Shown piece by piece: positions 11,736 through 24,864 of a stretch of 64,000 bases of DNA. The stretch lies in assembly GCF_018350175.1 (NCBI RefSeq), contig NC_058368.1, forward strand, positions 47,742,001-47,806,000. The letters run 5' to 3'. Both the position numbers and the translations under genes were made by a program. Source of the stretch: Felis catus. Taxonomy: Eukaryota. The stretch's first letter is position 1; every line of letters begins with the position of its first letter. Under the pieces are notes generated by a model. It was not told where the DNA came from. It did no database searches and was given only the letters and a program-made list of their open reading frames with translations.

Positions 11736-14700
11736 GAAAAGTGAAGGAACGAATGCATGTGACTATTACGTATGTTCAGTAAATGGGAAAATCCCTGATG
11801 TTGTCGGAGCTAAAGTGAAAATTGCAGTTATATAACTTGGCATCGTAAGTTTATTCAGCCTCTCATCACTTGACTTCTCATTCTTCCCTGTCATTCAAGT
11901 ATTATCTAGCTGAAGAACACTGCACAATTCATTCTGTAGCCAGAACTTTTCATTCTTACATGAGGGGGAAAACATAATTTGTTTGGTTTAAAGTTTATTT
12001 CTAGAAATTGAGATAGAAAGTGAGGCTGCGGGCGTCTTGAAGCAGAGACAACTCCATATGTCCAGAAACAAATCGGAGATGTCTCCGTATTCAGTTGTAA
12101 TTGAGAATTGTATGAATGCAGAAGTTTTCTTGTAAGGAGAAACCAGTCTTGCTTTGGTTCCCAGCACTTCATTGTATTTAACTTCCTAACACAGAGCGCG
12201 GCTGTTTGCAGTTCGCTTTCCCTCTCTGAACCTTTTCTCCCTTTTCATAGGCTGCCCTTTCTCAGGCCAGCTACCTGTTCCAAGTCCTTGTCTGCCAAAG
12301 CTGAGCTCGGACCCTTCAGTCTTTATTAGCCACACTCCCTGGAACTTTATTAGTTGGAAACATTGCAATGTTTTAGCATTTGAATTTTTTTCCAACCTCT
12401 GTCGTATGTTTTTTCTTCCTCAGATTGTCAAATCCTTGGAAGAAACACCATTTCCTAGATTGTCTTACTGCTTTTATTGATTGATAAATCGGACATCCAA
12501 AAATAACTTTATAGTGCTGTGTGAATTGTCTTAAGCCCTGAGCATTTGAATCAATCTAGTGTTAGCCAAATTTCCTCTTCGTGTTGCACTGTTGGTATAG
12601 CATTGGTGCTGGATTTTTGATCAGGAGTGGGGCTGTGAAATTGTGATTATAGCATGAGCAAACAGGCAATGCCCTGTGAATTTTTTAATATTATGAGTGA
12701 ATTTTCAGGGGAGAATTATTTTAGATAACGATGCTTAGCACACTTTTCAAAGCTGCAAATAATTTAATTGCTGATCATTAACACGTCCATTACGTGAATG
12801 TCTGGTTTCAGACACATTCTGGCCAGTCTCTTGGTAAACAAGCTACCCCAACTAGACCAAGATTGAGTAATGCACCCAGTTCCAATTGGCCAGAATGCAA
12901 TTATGTAATTTGATTTCAAGTCAGTAATGCTCTGAGTTTTAACTGCAGTTGGTTTTTATTCTCTCCACCCCTAACCCCAAGTTATCTTGTTTGGTTTTGC
13001 TTCCTTCTGTCTTCATTCCTATGTTGCGGCTTGTGTAAAGTGCATCTCTTCGTGGCATCCAATTAGAGAATCCTTAGATAAGCATGACCTGGCCTGCCTA
13101 CATAAAAATGTTCTTCAAAATCTAGCTAGATTCCTTTTCCTATCTTCAACTAAGCCCACCAGAGCTCTTTGGATTAACTCATGGGACATAACATAACAAA
13201 GAAAGGCTTTATTCTCCATTACTAAATCTGGTCTCTACTTTGAAGTTGACCAAATTCCTTCTTTGGTTATATTCTTCACTGTAGTGTTAAACTAATCAAT
13301 AGGAGACTTTTAAATTTTATGTATTTCTTTACTCATACCAGAGTTACAGGTGACAAAACCTGGCAATTGTGCAATACTCATTTTAACAGTGACTATTAAG
13401 GGGGAGGAAACATAATAAATCACACGAGAGCTCTGTGTGATCAGAAGCGTTTGTTCTATGAAAACTTAGAATTTTCCTTTTTCTAATATACCAGTAATCT
13501 TTATTTTGTCTATTTCTCTCAGTTCATATCACATCATGAAAGAAAGCATTTGGGGTCATGGAAATGCTAATATTCTTGAATCAAAAGTAAAAGCTTAATG
13601 CTATTTGGCCACTGAGGATATTTGAATGATCTATCTATCTATAATTTAATAGGAAACGAAGACGCACATATGGACTTCTAGGTAAAAATGGTGGATTACA
13701 CATGCATCTCATTTTGTAGCCGCCTAAAGCCCACTAAAACAAAGGCCTTTTTCCTCCAAGGAGAAACTTATGAGAAAAAAAACAAACAAAGAGGGAAATA
13801 AAGACACCAGCAATCCTATGGGAGCTGGAAAGAGCCAGGTAGAAGAGGCAACAAGCTGAGCCGAACTGAAAGAGCTAAATCTTAAAGTGGTGGAGAAAAC
13901 CAGGAACTAACCCATTTCCAACCCCCACAAAAGTCCCCAAAGATCTCAGGAATTCATCACATTGAGTACTTCTAGAAGTGAAACGAAAATACAATTGTTA
14001 ACAATTTGTCTAAGAAGCTGTTAATTCCTTGGTGTCTCTCTCTACACCTCCACTCCAGCATACACTGTGAATTGTTGTAACCAACTAGTCTCCACCCCAG
14101 CAGAAGTATGGAGGTTTCTGTGCTTCTTCACTGGAGAGAGTAAAGACAGAGGGTCTCCCATTAGTAGACAACAGGCCCAGCTGAGGATAGGAATGTCAAA
14201 CAGAAAAAGGGAGAATTGAATGAATGTGCATATTGGTTGCTGGAACCTGTCCCTCTTGTCTTCCCCATTTGGTTCCCAGGATGCTGGAGACACATCTTTA
14301 TCCTCCAGGCAGGAGGCTGGAAAAGTCTTCAGAATGGACCAGCCCAGTAGGAAAGATCTGAATATACTGAAAATTCCAAGTTCTCCGATAAAACGGCTTT
14401 GTCAGATTACTCACAGAAACCCACAGAAACTTCACACACATGCTCAGAGCTTCCAATCTTTGGTCCCTCTCTATAAAATATTATCAGACAATCAAGAACT
14501 ACCAGATATCTGAGGAAACCATCTAATAGGAAAGATAGAGATAAAGCAGAGAAGAGCAATTTGGACAAGACTATGTAAGGTGGGTGACATCTTAAAAAGA
14601 AGAGGTAGTGTTAATAGCCTCAGGGATAGAAGATACTAGAAGTATGAAACAGGATATTCTAAATAGCATGCAGAGAACACGAAATTAAAATGGATCATCT

Positions 14701-15107
14701 GGGAGCAGAAAGGAGGTAATCATAATTGAACAAAGAGATGTAAAAGAAGACCAGTAAATTAGAGTCCCAATCTAAGAGACTCATTATCTAATCAGAAGTA
14801 CCAGAAAGAATAGAAGAAACAGAGACAGGATTAGAAACTGAGAAAATAATTCAAGAAAATTCCTTAACAACCAAAGGATATGAATTTCAAGAGTGAAAGG
14901 CTTTTGAGATGCCCTAACACACCAGTGTAAATAGATCCACGTCAGTATGAAATTTCAAAACTTGGGGCCACAAAGTTCCTAAAACTCCCAAAGAAAGGGC
15001 AAAAGTCATATACAAAGGAAACTGAATTGCTTCAGACTTTGCATCAGTGACATTGGAATCTGTAAGACAGTGAAGAAATGCCTTTAGAATTTTGAAGAGA
15101 ATTTTTT

Positions 15108-15225
15108 GTTTTAAGATTTAATTTTTTTTTTTTTTTAAGTAATCTCTATACCCAACATGGTGCTGGAACTTATAGCCCTGAGATCTAGAGCCACATGTTC
15201 CATCGACTGAGTCAGCCAGGAACCC
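15108..15225 (-). mobile_element. Short old CAN-SINE (no CT linker)
   Basis: 'aagtaatctctatacccaacatgg...gactgagtcagccagg'. Confidence 0.85.
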
Positions 15226-15619
15226 TGAGAAATTATTTTTAATCTAGGATTTTATACCCAGCCACACTATCAAGTGTGAGGAAAGAATAAAACGTGTTTT
15301 TGTTTTTGTTTTTTTTTGACATGTGCGGTCTCAAGAATTTTACTTTTTTACTGCTCAAAAAGTCTTCACTTCACCAAAATGAGGAAATAAACCAAGAGAG
15401 ACCATGGGGTAATGGAAATGGGATCGTGCATAGATAAGATGGGAGGAGAACCCTCAGGATGAGGTGAGAAGGGAGCAAAGGATCCCGGCTGTATACCAGA
15501 CAGACGGCAACCAGCTAGGTTAGAACAAGTGAAAAAAATCTCTGGAAGAATCTTCTCCAAGATTATGAAATTAAATAGAAACATCGGATACATCTGAATG
15601 CCTTTAAAGACATTTAGGC

Positions 15620-15810
15620 CACAGGGTGGCAAACTACGGCCTGAAGTGCAAATCCAACTTCAGGCCTAATTGTTTTCTTTCCTGCTTGTGAGCTACAGGG
15701 GTTTTTACATTTTTAAAGGGTTGGGGAAAAATAAACAACAGAAACTATGTGAACCACAAAATCTAAAGTAGTTACAGTCTATCTCTTTTACGGAAGTTTG
15801 CTGCCTCCTG
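15620..15810 (+). mobile_element. MER58-family hAT DNA transposon
   Basis: Terminal inverted repeats cagggtggcaaact / agtttgctgcctcctg. Degenerate 8-bp TSD atttaggc / attgagac. Confidence 0.7.
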
Positions 15811-15880
15811 ATTGAGACAACTGGTGCAGATTTGGGATTTTAATTAGACATCTGTGTATAGGAAACCAAACAAAAACTTA

Positions 15881-15881
<1 letters not shown>

Positions 15882-15927
<46 letters not shown>
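15882..15927. repeat. (CA)23 microsatellite
   Basis: Read directly. Confidence 0.95.
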
Positions 15928-15929
<2 letters not shown>

Positions 15930-17205
15930 GATTAATTCCACTTAAAACAAAAAGTTGTACAACTGAAGAGACGGCAGTGTAGACATGTAGAACCATGGAG
16001 GTAAACACTGAGGATCAACTAACATGGTTGAATGTGGATGTCTCCAGGGATGGGGTATGGCCGAAGGAAGGAAGGTGGGATTATTGATTTTTCATATTGA
16101 ACACTTAGAACAATATTTGTGCATAATTTTGATAAAAATAAACGGGAGCAGAGGAGGAAAATGAGGGAAAGAGGACGATAAGTTGATAAGAAAGGATTAT
16201 ATGCATACTCCATGGTTCTTTTGGAAACAGCTCAATAATTCTGAATGATTGACTGTACCTCCCCTAGCATCAAGCCCACCTATGGTAGTTTTTATGAAAG
16301 GAAGCTTGGTTTCTAATATGAAGCTCTGCATACAATACAAAAGAAAACTGGAGTGTAGTTCAGAAGGACTTAAATATAATAATATTTGGAGGTTCTTTAT
16401 TACACAAAATGGTTCAAAGCAGTCTGCACTGAGGCAGTAGTGTTGGGGTCTATCATTTATAGAGCACAGAGACGTACAGGAAGATGTTATCTTGAAAAAA
16501 GGCACAGGGAAGAATAATTTTTCCCTATGTTACTGAATTTTCCACATTGGTGTTGGCACAAGGTAAATGCTCATTAAATATGTATTGACTAAATAAAAGA
16601 ATCTAAAAATACTTCCTAAACACAAAAGAAGTCTTAAGTATGTTAGACTAAAAAAAATTAGGGTGATCTAAATCTGAGTAAAAAATATAAGCACTGGTCA
16701 TGAATTCTCACCAGAAATTATTCTCACCAGAAAAGCTCTTATTCTGTGTTACAGTAAGAAATGCCTTGAATCAGTATGAGAGCATTTTAAAGTTTGAATA
16801 TTATAAATTGCAGTATTTGACAATATTGCTCTGCTGAATAATGGATATGCGGGCTCTACATAATAGGATTCAAAGCCACCTTTGAAATCTTTTGGATGTA
16901 AATGATTTATCTTGTTAAGTACATCAATTACTTACTTGCTTGAAAGATAACAAAGATAAAAAATTATGAGGTGATATTTATTCTTCTTTGACCCTAAAAT
17001 GAACAAAGAGAATAATACACTCTGTGTTTACATAGAAAAGTTTACCTGAGAAATCACAACTCTGGAAAAATCAGTGATTAATCACCACCACACCAATGTG
17101 AATTAGATTAGTAACTTGTTTTAGATCTACTTGTGAAGACATCTAAATGAAAGCATGAAAATAATACTGCTAACTTTCTGTGTGGCTGAAGGATATGTGT
17201 CTTCA

Positions 17206-17210
<5 letters not shown>

Positions 17211-17240
<30 letters not shown>
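17211..17240. repeat. (GT)15 microsatellite within a short tandem duplication
   Basis: Read directly. cttcactttt lies on both sides. Confidence 0.95.
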
Positions 17241-17241
<1 letters not shown>

Positions 17242-17433
17242 TTCACTTTTAAAGAAAAGCATGCTCAATTGTACTGCAAAAAAGTCACCTTTTATTTAAA
17301 GACACTGTTCAAACTTTAAGGTTTAAAATAAAGAAATGACTTCCACAAAAATTAAACCATGACATTCTAAATTCTTGGGGGGCTGTATTTTATCTGTCTT
17401 TGTTTTCTTTTCCTTAAAAAAAAATTTTTTTAA

Positions 17434-17787
17434 TTTTTTTTTTTTTACTTTATTTAATTTACATCCAAGTTAGCTTATAGTGCAACAAGAATTTCAGGAA
17501 TAGATTCCTTAATGCCCCTTACCCATTTAGCCTGTCCCCCCTCCCACAACCCCTCCAGTAACCCTCAGTTTGCTTTCCACATGTAAGAGTCTCTTATGTT
17601 TTGTTCCCCTCTCTGTTTTTATATTATTTTTGCTTCCCTTCCCTAATGTTTATCTGTTTTGTATCTTAAAGTCCTCATATGAGTGAAGTCATATGATATT
17701 GGTCTTTCTCTGACTAATTTCACTTAACATAATATCCTCTAGTTCCATCCAGGTAGTTGCAAATGGTAAGATTTCATTCTTTTTGAT
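17434..17787 (-). mobile_element. 5'-truncated carnivore/felid L1 3' end inserted in a SINE tail
   Basis: Poly-T, then L1 3' UTR and ORF2 end, highly similar to 57470-57820. Confidence 0.9.
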
Positions 17788-17790
17788 GAG

Positions 17791-17992
17791 GTTTATTTAT
17801 TTTTGAGAGAGAGAGAGAGAGAGAGAGTGAGCAGGGGTGGGGCAGAGAAAGAGGGAGACACAGAGTCCGAAGCAGGCTCCAGGGTCTGAGCTGTCAGCAC
17901 CGAGCCCGACATGGGGTTGGAACTCATGAACCATGAGATCATGACTTGAGCCGAAGTCGGCTGCTCAACCGACTGAGTGACCCGTGCGCCCC
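17791..17992 (-). mobile_element. CAN-SINE (distal tail displaced to ~17414-17433)
   Basis: Typical body. Degenerate TSD tctttgttttcttttc / tctttgtttcattttc. Confidence 0.92.
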
Positions 17993-19093
17993 TTTCTTTG
18001 TTTCATTTTCTGATGCTGTCAGGAGTGAAGGGGGCAGGCTGTCTAGAGAACATCTGTCTGAGGAAGACAACGACTAAGACCCATGTGCATTCCTGTGCTA
18101 GAAGATTATGATTTCTTTATTCTTCAGAGAAAGTTTTTCCTCCTATCTCTGTTAAAAATGGCACGAAACAAACAAAAGCCCCAAAACAACCGTAATAATT
18201 TTCTGTTAGACACAAAAGGCTTGCAAGTGTAACCTACTGTTGGAAATACTATCAATGCTTCTTGGAATTTTAATGGCTTGTAGGCTGTGAACTCAGACTC
18301 ACACTCCTCCAGGTGATTGATGAAACTGGAAAGCCCGGGGTGCTGCAGCAACTTTTCCAGTTTCACCTTTACCAGGACTCACGGGAGGTGGTGGAGAAGC
18401 AGAGATCTTATGGGATTTCAGGACCGAATTGCACATGCCATCATTGTAACGGGGGTGGGGGGGGGGTGGGCAAGATAATCCCCATTCTGCTTCCCCACAA
18501 GATTTCATAAATTCTACACAAATATAAATAGGAGCTTTAACTGGCTACATTTACAACTGCAGGTAGCATCCTTGGAGAGACACTCTGGAGGTCTTGAATG
18601 CTGGTTTGGCCATTATAAAAATTTCCACCAAATGAGCAGATTATTATGAAACTGAAAGGGCCAATAGCACTTCAAAGATGTTCCCCCTTAAGGCTTACCT
18701 ATCAGAATGTGAAGTATTTATTTGTTGAAAGACGTGTTAAGTTTCCTGCCTTGACAATGTGATTGTTCTGAAATTGCTGGCAATGCTAATGTTTTGGCCC
18801 AAAGTGAAACAAATGGGGAGATTTTGTCTGATGTTTTGTTTTTTCAAACTGCTTATAATCCTGGGATGGCATCAGATAAGCTCTGTCTGAAAACCTAAAA
18901 ATTGAAAATAAAGCCAGATACTTGGGGATAATAAGAAAGAAATGAAAATTGTGACATGCCAGGTATAAAGTACTTAGATCTTCTGGGCAACTTACTAAGA
19001 CTATTTTCCTTTGAGAAAATTAGAGATGTTTTACAAAGGTACTTTTTCCCTGCTAATTTATTTAAATTTTGCAAGTGTTTAAAGCAAGAATGA

Positions 19094-19528
19094 GGGCTGC
19101 TTGGGTCGTTCAGTTGGTTGAGCGTTCAACTCTTGATTTTAGCTCGTGATCTCATGTTTGGTGGGTTTGAGCCCGGCAACAGGCTCCGTGCTGAAGTATG
19201 GAGCAAGCTTGGGATTCTCTCTTTCTCTCTTTCTCCCTCTCTCTCTGACCCTCCCATGTGTATGCTCTCTCTTTTTCTCTCTCAAAATAAATAAATAAAC
19301 TTAAAAAAAAAAAAAGCTGGGGCGCTTGGGTGGCTCATTTGGTTGAGTGTCCGACTTCAACTCAGGTCATGATCTCAAGGCTCGTGAGTTCGAGTCCACA
19401 TCAGGCTCTATGCTGACAACTCGGCGCCTGGAGCCTGCTTCGGATTCTGTGTCTCCCTCTCTCTGCCGCTCCCCTGCTCCCTCTGTCTCTCTCTTTCTCA
19501 AGAATAAGTAATAAATAAATAATAAATA
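19094..19528 (+). mobile_element. Two tandem CAN-SINEs (19094-19314, 19319-19528)
   Basis: Two tRNA-like heads, each with a CT linker and aataaa tail. Confidence 0.92.
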
Positions 19529-19539
19529 ATCACATTGTC

Positions 19540-20095
19540 TTCTGGGGCTTATAACATACATGTAATACATTTGACAAATATAGCAAAAAGCAGGAGCATG
19601 GTAAATGGACTCACATGGTTGCAAAGTTTCTGTATTTTACATGAAGTAGTACCATAGTAACTCCAGACTGTGAAAAGCTAAAGATGTATACTATAGTCCC
19701 TAGAATAGCCAGTAAGAAAATACCAAGAGATATAATTAAAAAGAAGGCAGCGGGGCGCCTGGTTGGCTCCGTCAGTTAAGTGCCAACTTCGGCTCAGGTC
19801 ACGATCTCACAGTTCGTGAGTTCGAACCCCACGTCGGGCTCTGTGCTGACAGCTCAGAGCCTGGAGCCTGCTTTGGATTCTGTGTCTCCCTCTCTCACTG
19901 CTCCTTTGTCACTCGTGCTCTGTCTCTGTCTCTCAAAAATAAGACATTAAAAAAAAAGAAAAAAGAAGGCAGGAAAGTAGGAAGAGAGGAACGACAACAA
20001 AAAACCCCAGTGGGGACACACAGAAAACAGATAGTAAAGTGGTGGGCCTGCAACCTAACATAGTAGTGGTTACATGAAATGTTAATGGACTAACA
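19540..20095 (+). mobile_element. Old L1 inter-ORF region / ORF2 start relic, interrupted by a SINE
   Basis: 'gtggttacatgaaatgttaatggactaa' resembles the ORF2 endonuclease motif (T)LNVNGLN. Confidence 0.6.
19752..19959 (+). mobile_element. CAN-SINE
   Basis: TSD aaaaagaaggcag at 19738-19750 and 19960-19972. Confidence 0.95.
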
Positions 20096-20693
20096 AGCTA
20101 CAAACAGACGGTTTTCCTTAAGAGTTAAAGATTTAAATTCACTTTTGGAGCCGGTTATTCCTTATTTTTAGGAACAAAAATCCCAAACTAACAATTCTGG
20201 ATAGCCCCCTTAGTTACATGAATGTAAGGCAAGGATCTACCTGTTGTTCTGGGGGTAAATTTTGGATGTAGCTTGTTATTGATCATCTGATCCTGGATCT
20301 CAGTAAGGGGCTTCTTGCCTTATAGCCACCAGCAAGAGCCTAACCAGAGAAGAGCCGGAACACTTGGGACTCAGCACGTTTGTCTCAGGTTTCTCTGGAC
20401 AAAGGGCTACCACAAAGGAGAGTGACATCGTCTTTCTTTTTGAAAAATCAACAGTTTGATTTCCGGAACTACATCTCTATACGTATTCTATGAGGTGTAG
20501 CCATCATACCATGACGGTGGGCAGCAGTGAATCAAAGATAATGCAGTAACAGTGACCAGGAGAACGGAGATTTGTTGAAACAAGAAGGGGCCAATTTTTG
20601 GATGGTGGTGGTCAAAATGAATCTGGGCTCAGGTGATTAGACACAATCTTGTCAGTTTGGTGGTCACAACCAAAGAGTGTGTTGAAAACCAGA

Positions 20694-20890
20694 GAGTCTG
20701 GGTGGCTCAGTCGGCTGAGCGTCTGACACTTGATTTCAGCTCCGGTCTTGATCTCAGGGTTGTGAGATTGAGCCCTGCATCAGGTTCCTTGCCAGGCATG
20801 GAGCCTGCTTAAGATTCTCTCCCTGTCCCTCTACCACTTGCATGCGTGTGTGTGCTCTCTCTCTCTCAAAAAAATTTAACTTAAATTAAA
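20694..20890 (+). mobile_element. Older CAN-SINE
   Basis: 'ctgggtggctcagtcggctgagcgtctgacacttgatttcagctc...' with CT linker. Confidence 0.88.
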
Positions 20891-20966
20891 AACAAACAAA
20901 CAAACAGGCAGTTTGTCAGACATAATCAGCATGTGCTGTGTGCCAAGGTACTGTCCCAAGTTCTTT

Positions 20967-21186
20967 TTTTTTTTTAATTTTTTTTTTAATGTTTATTTAT
21001 TTTTGAGACACAGACAGAGCATGAACGGGGGAGGGTCAGAGAGAGAGGGAGACACAGAACCTGAAGCAGGCTCCAGGCTCTGAGCTGTCAGCACAGAGCA
21101 CGACGCGGGGCTCGAACTCACAGACCGTGAGATCATGACCTGAGCCGAAGTCGGACGCTTAACCGACTGAGCCACCCAGGCGCCCC
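20967..21186 (-). mobile_element. CAN-SINE inserted in a MIR relic (~20925-21385)
   Basis: Perfect TSD tgtcccaagttcttt at 20952-20966 and 21187-21201. Confidence 0.95.
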
Positions 21187-22272
21187 TGTCCCAAGTTCTT
21201 TAACACACATTACCTATCTTACTGGTAATCCTGTAACGTGCTTATTATTACAATATCAATTTCATATTTAATTTATATTAATGCTCATGAAGGTTAACTG
21301 ACTTGTTTTTCCTCATGGAATCGTGGCTAGTAGGAGACACAGCTGGGTGCTCTGATTTCAACTCCTTGACTCTCCGCAACAGCATACCTGTCTCAAGAGT
21401 CAGGAGACCCACTCTAAGCATAGGGCAGCCATCAGGGTCAAGGAATTAGGGACATTGGACATGGAGGTGACTTTCAGCTCATCTAGAGAGCTTCCCAGGC
21501 TCTCTTTGGGGCAAGAGTCCAGTCCAGGGAGCCTGCCTGGGCCTGCCAAGAGCAGCAGGTGAGCCCTGATAAGTGGATTAATCTGCTCAGAGAGGAAAGT
21601 GCAGGTCCTGACTGTGCCTTGGAAGGGCGGTGGATGATCCGAGCTGCCATGTATAGGAACAGACCCCAGAGCTTGTATGGGCCTCGAGGGAATGCTTTGT
21701 CCACTGACTTGAAAAAACTTTAGCCAAGCCAAATAATACAAGTCACTGTAGGAGCAGAATGACAAGCACATTCCTTGAGATTATACCTAAAAGGGAAGCA
21801 AGAATAAAGGGAAAGTGGGGGATGTTCCCAGGCCTTTGATCTTGTCTACCTGCCACAGGCCTCTCCTCCCCCTCCAAGAAACTTCCTGAGGCAGGAAATG
21901 GTGACATCACCCTGTGTTTGTCAGCACTCTCCAGTTCTGAGTCATCAGGATTGTTGGCATGGTTTTCCAGAAGATTTCCAAGTAGATGATTTACTCCCCT
22001 TTTAGGGGCTTGGCATTGTGTTGGGCAACTGTCACTCAATGAACTGCCAGACTTCCATTCAGTGTGGGATTTCCTCCTTGGAACGTCATTCAGGAGCCTC
22101 ATAAGCAGTATCTTCTAACTCCTTTTTAACACTGTCTTTATATTTAACTAACTCTAAGTTGGGTGGATGAGGTAATAAAAATAGAATAGGGTTTTCAATT
22201 ATTGGTTATTCCGAACAGTGTCATAGGAGACATCTTTCTACATAAATGTATGCAATATGGTTGAGTGTTTCT

Positions 22273-22500
22273 TTTTTTCTTTAAAAAATTTTTAATGTTT
22301 ATTTTTGAGAGAGACAGAGACAGAGTGTGAGTGGGGGGGAGGGGCAGAGAGAGAGGGAGACACAGAATCCAAGCAGTCTGCAGGCTCTGAGCTGACAGCA
22401 CAGAGCCTGACGCGGATTCGAACTCACCAACCGTGAGATCACGGCATGGGCCAAAATCCAATGCTTCACCTCCTTAACCGACTGAGCCACCCAGGCACCC
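22273..22500 (-). mobile_element. CAN-SINE
   Basis: Body plus repeated gagtgtttct flanks. Confidence 0.92.
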
Positions 22501-22848
22501 AGGGATGAGTGTTTCTGTAGTACAGATATTTAGATGTAGAACTGGGGGGTCATGGGGTACAAGCACTGATGTTATTTTATCATTTTAAAAACCCTTTTAT
22601 TATGGAAATTGGAAAGCAAATATAAAAGGAGAGAGAACAATATAATGAACACTCATTTAACCCTTTATGTAGCTTTCATAAGCATCAATTCACAGCCAAC
22701 TTTAATTTCTTTCTCCTCTTGCGTTTTTCCTTGTCTTCCCTCCCCTTGAGGGTATAATTGCCTTGATTATCTTAAAGCAAATCTCAGACATCACATAATT
22801 TCATTTGTAACCGTTTCAGTATGCATGACTTAAAGATTATTCCTTTTT

Positions 22849-22976
22849 ATTTACTTATTTTTAGTTTTTTTTCAAGATTTTATTTTTAAATAATCTCTAC
22901 ACCCTACATGGGGCTCGAACTCACAACCCCGAGATCAAGAGTCGCATGCTCCACTGCTGAGCCAGCCAGGCACCCC
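22849..22976 (-). mobile_element. Short CAN-SINE within an old L1ME/MD-like 3' relic (~22590-23060)
   Basis: TSD aaagattattccttttt at 22832-22848 and 22977-22993. Confidence 0.9.
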
Positions 22977-24864
22977 AAAGATTATTCCTTTTTAAACAAA
23001 CAGAACCACAACACCTTTTTCACACTTCAAAAATCAATGATATCTTACTATCATCCTGATATGTCATTTTAAGTCTGAGTAGGTTCTCAAAAATTGTCCT
23101 TCAAAAAAAAAAATACTCATCTATCTTTCCACCAACAGTGCTGTTCTTGGGCACAGAATTCTGGAGGGAAAGGCAGGGTACAAGGGAAGGAACTTGCATT
23201 AGCCAATGTTGAAACGTAGAGAACGACACCGAGAAATGGCACTGTGGCAAGAGCGGAAGCTGAACCCACCAGTGCTTCTGTGAGCTCTCATACACTTAAC
23301 TCCCCTAAAGAACAGTCTTGAATAACAGACAACATCAAAAGGCAGCTGTGCTTTTCTCAGAATAAAACAGCTGAGCCAAACAACCAAAACCAAACAGCTG
23401 TACTGCCTTTGGATTTAGTGTTACATTAAAATTAGATGGTTTCTTTCTCTAGCCTTTTTTTTTTTTTTTTTGGCAGAAAGAAACAATTGAAGAGTTTTAT
23501 TTCAGACATAAATGTTATGTTCGAATCCTTTGCACACAGCCCACAGTAAAACGTTAGTTATTATGGAAATTTGACTGATCGCATTGTCACTCGTGAGTAT
23601 AGACCCTCTCTGTAGTGTTTTCATTATTCATACTACTTAATTATTTAGAATTTGCCTGTGTACAGTGAACATTTATGGTCCAGAAGTAGAGGTTCAGTTG
23701 TCAATTTTTCAGATATTTTATTTGTAAAAAATATGAAAACATTCTGTTGGATTAAAACAGCTTAAACTTCATTTTTAAACCATTACTAAGTCTTTTCCTT
23801 TATAGAAAAGCTAATTATTATCCATCAATCTAAATTGAATGGAACCAGGCAGGCCAAGGAAATACAAAACATTGTCTTAATTCTCCCTTACAAGAAGCCT
23901 ATAACCTTCCCCCCAAAAGGTAATACTATGCATTAAATTTTTACATTATAAAAAATTACCTGTCCTTTGTGGAAAACAGAGGTAAGCTGAAAAAAAGAAA
24001 ATAAAGATTCCTACTTCTTCTTCTCCAGGTATTTCTTCTCCAGGTATTAACCTGCTACTCTATGCTAGACAAAGCCACTCTCCAGATCCTGCCATTCGTA
24101 AATCCATTTTGCAAATTCAAGGTTTCTACTCAACACTCTCTTCTGTGATCTGCTTTGTTTTCTACATATGTCAGGATAAGTTTTCCGTGTCATTCAACTT
24201 TTTCACAATGTAATTAACATAGTTCCACAAAAACATTTTTAACCTTTTTCTCCATATGTGTATAGTTTGGGTGTGAAAATATTTAGAAGCAGGCAGGAGA
24301 AGACGGACTTCAGACCAATGCTGCTCATATTATCTGTGCTGAAGGACCACTTCTTAAAATTTCCAATCCATTGTGGGCTGATAATTCTGAAAAACAAGGT
24401 AAAAATAAGAAAGGTAAAAATACTAACAGGAAAAAAAAACATTTTCAAGAAAAATTTGAAAAATTAATAGAAAAATGAGATAAAGGTGGACAAAGTACCA
24501 GCCCACATCTTTTATTGTTAGATGTGATAGATATAAAATTCCTCTGTGAAATTGTTACATGCATGTCTGAGTGTTTATTCTCAATATTTATATTGATATC
24601 ACAGCCCAGTGACAGTTACATGGACTACACTTTGATTACACTGCTTTATACTTTACCACGAACACTGAATAAATGTTTCTCTTCGTAGAGAGTCATGAAT
24701 GGAAAGGTTAAATAATACTATCAATTTGCTGTTTGAGATAAACACCGGCAACCTTCCACTTTCCACAAGAAGGCCCAGACTTCAAGAATGATTCCAGACT
24801 ACTCTCTGGATGGGCCAACCAATAAAGAAGTCCAACATAGATCTTGCTTTTGTCGTGATTGATT

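Larger units (their letters stand above)
13672..16140 (+). mobile_element. Degenerate HAL1-like (ORF1-only LINE) element, interrupted by a SINE and MER58
   Basis: L1M-like 5' end 'gacttctaggtaaaaatggtgga'. ORF1 C-terminal relic IASDFASVTLESVRQ*RNAFRIL at 15026-15094. HAL1-type post-ORF1 segment 'caccaaaatgaggaaataaaccaagag', no ORF2 seen. Confidence 0.6.

Noticed and set aside
19752..19830. tRNA genes at SINE heads
   Set aside because: A/B boxes continue into the SINE body, CT linker and A-tail; no intact cloverleaf.
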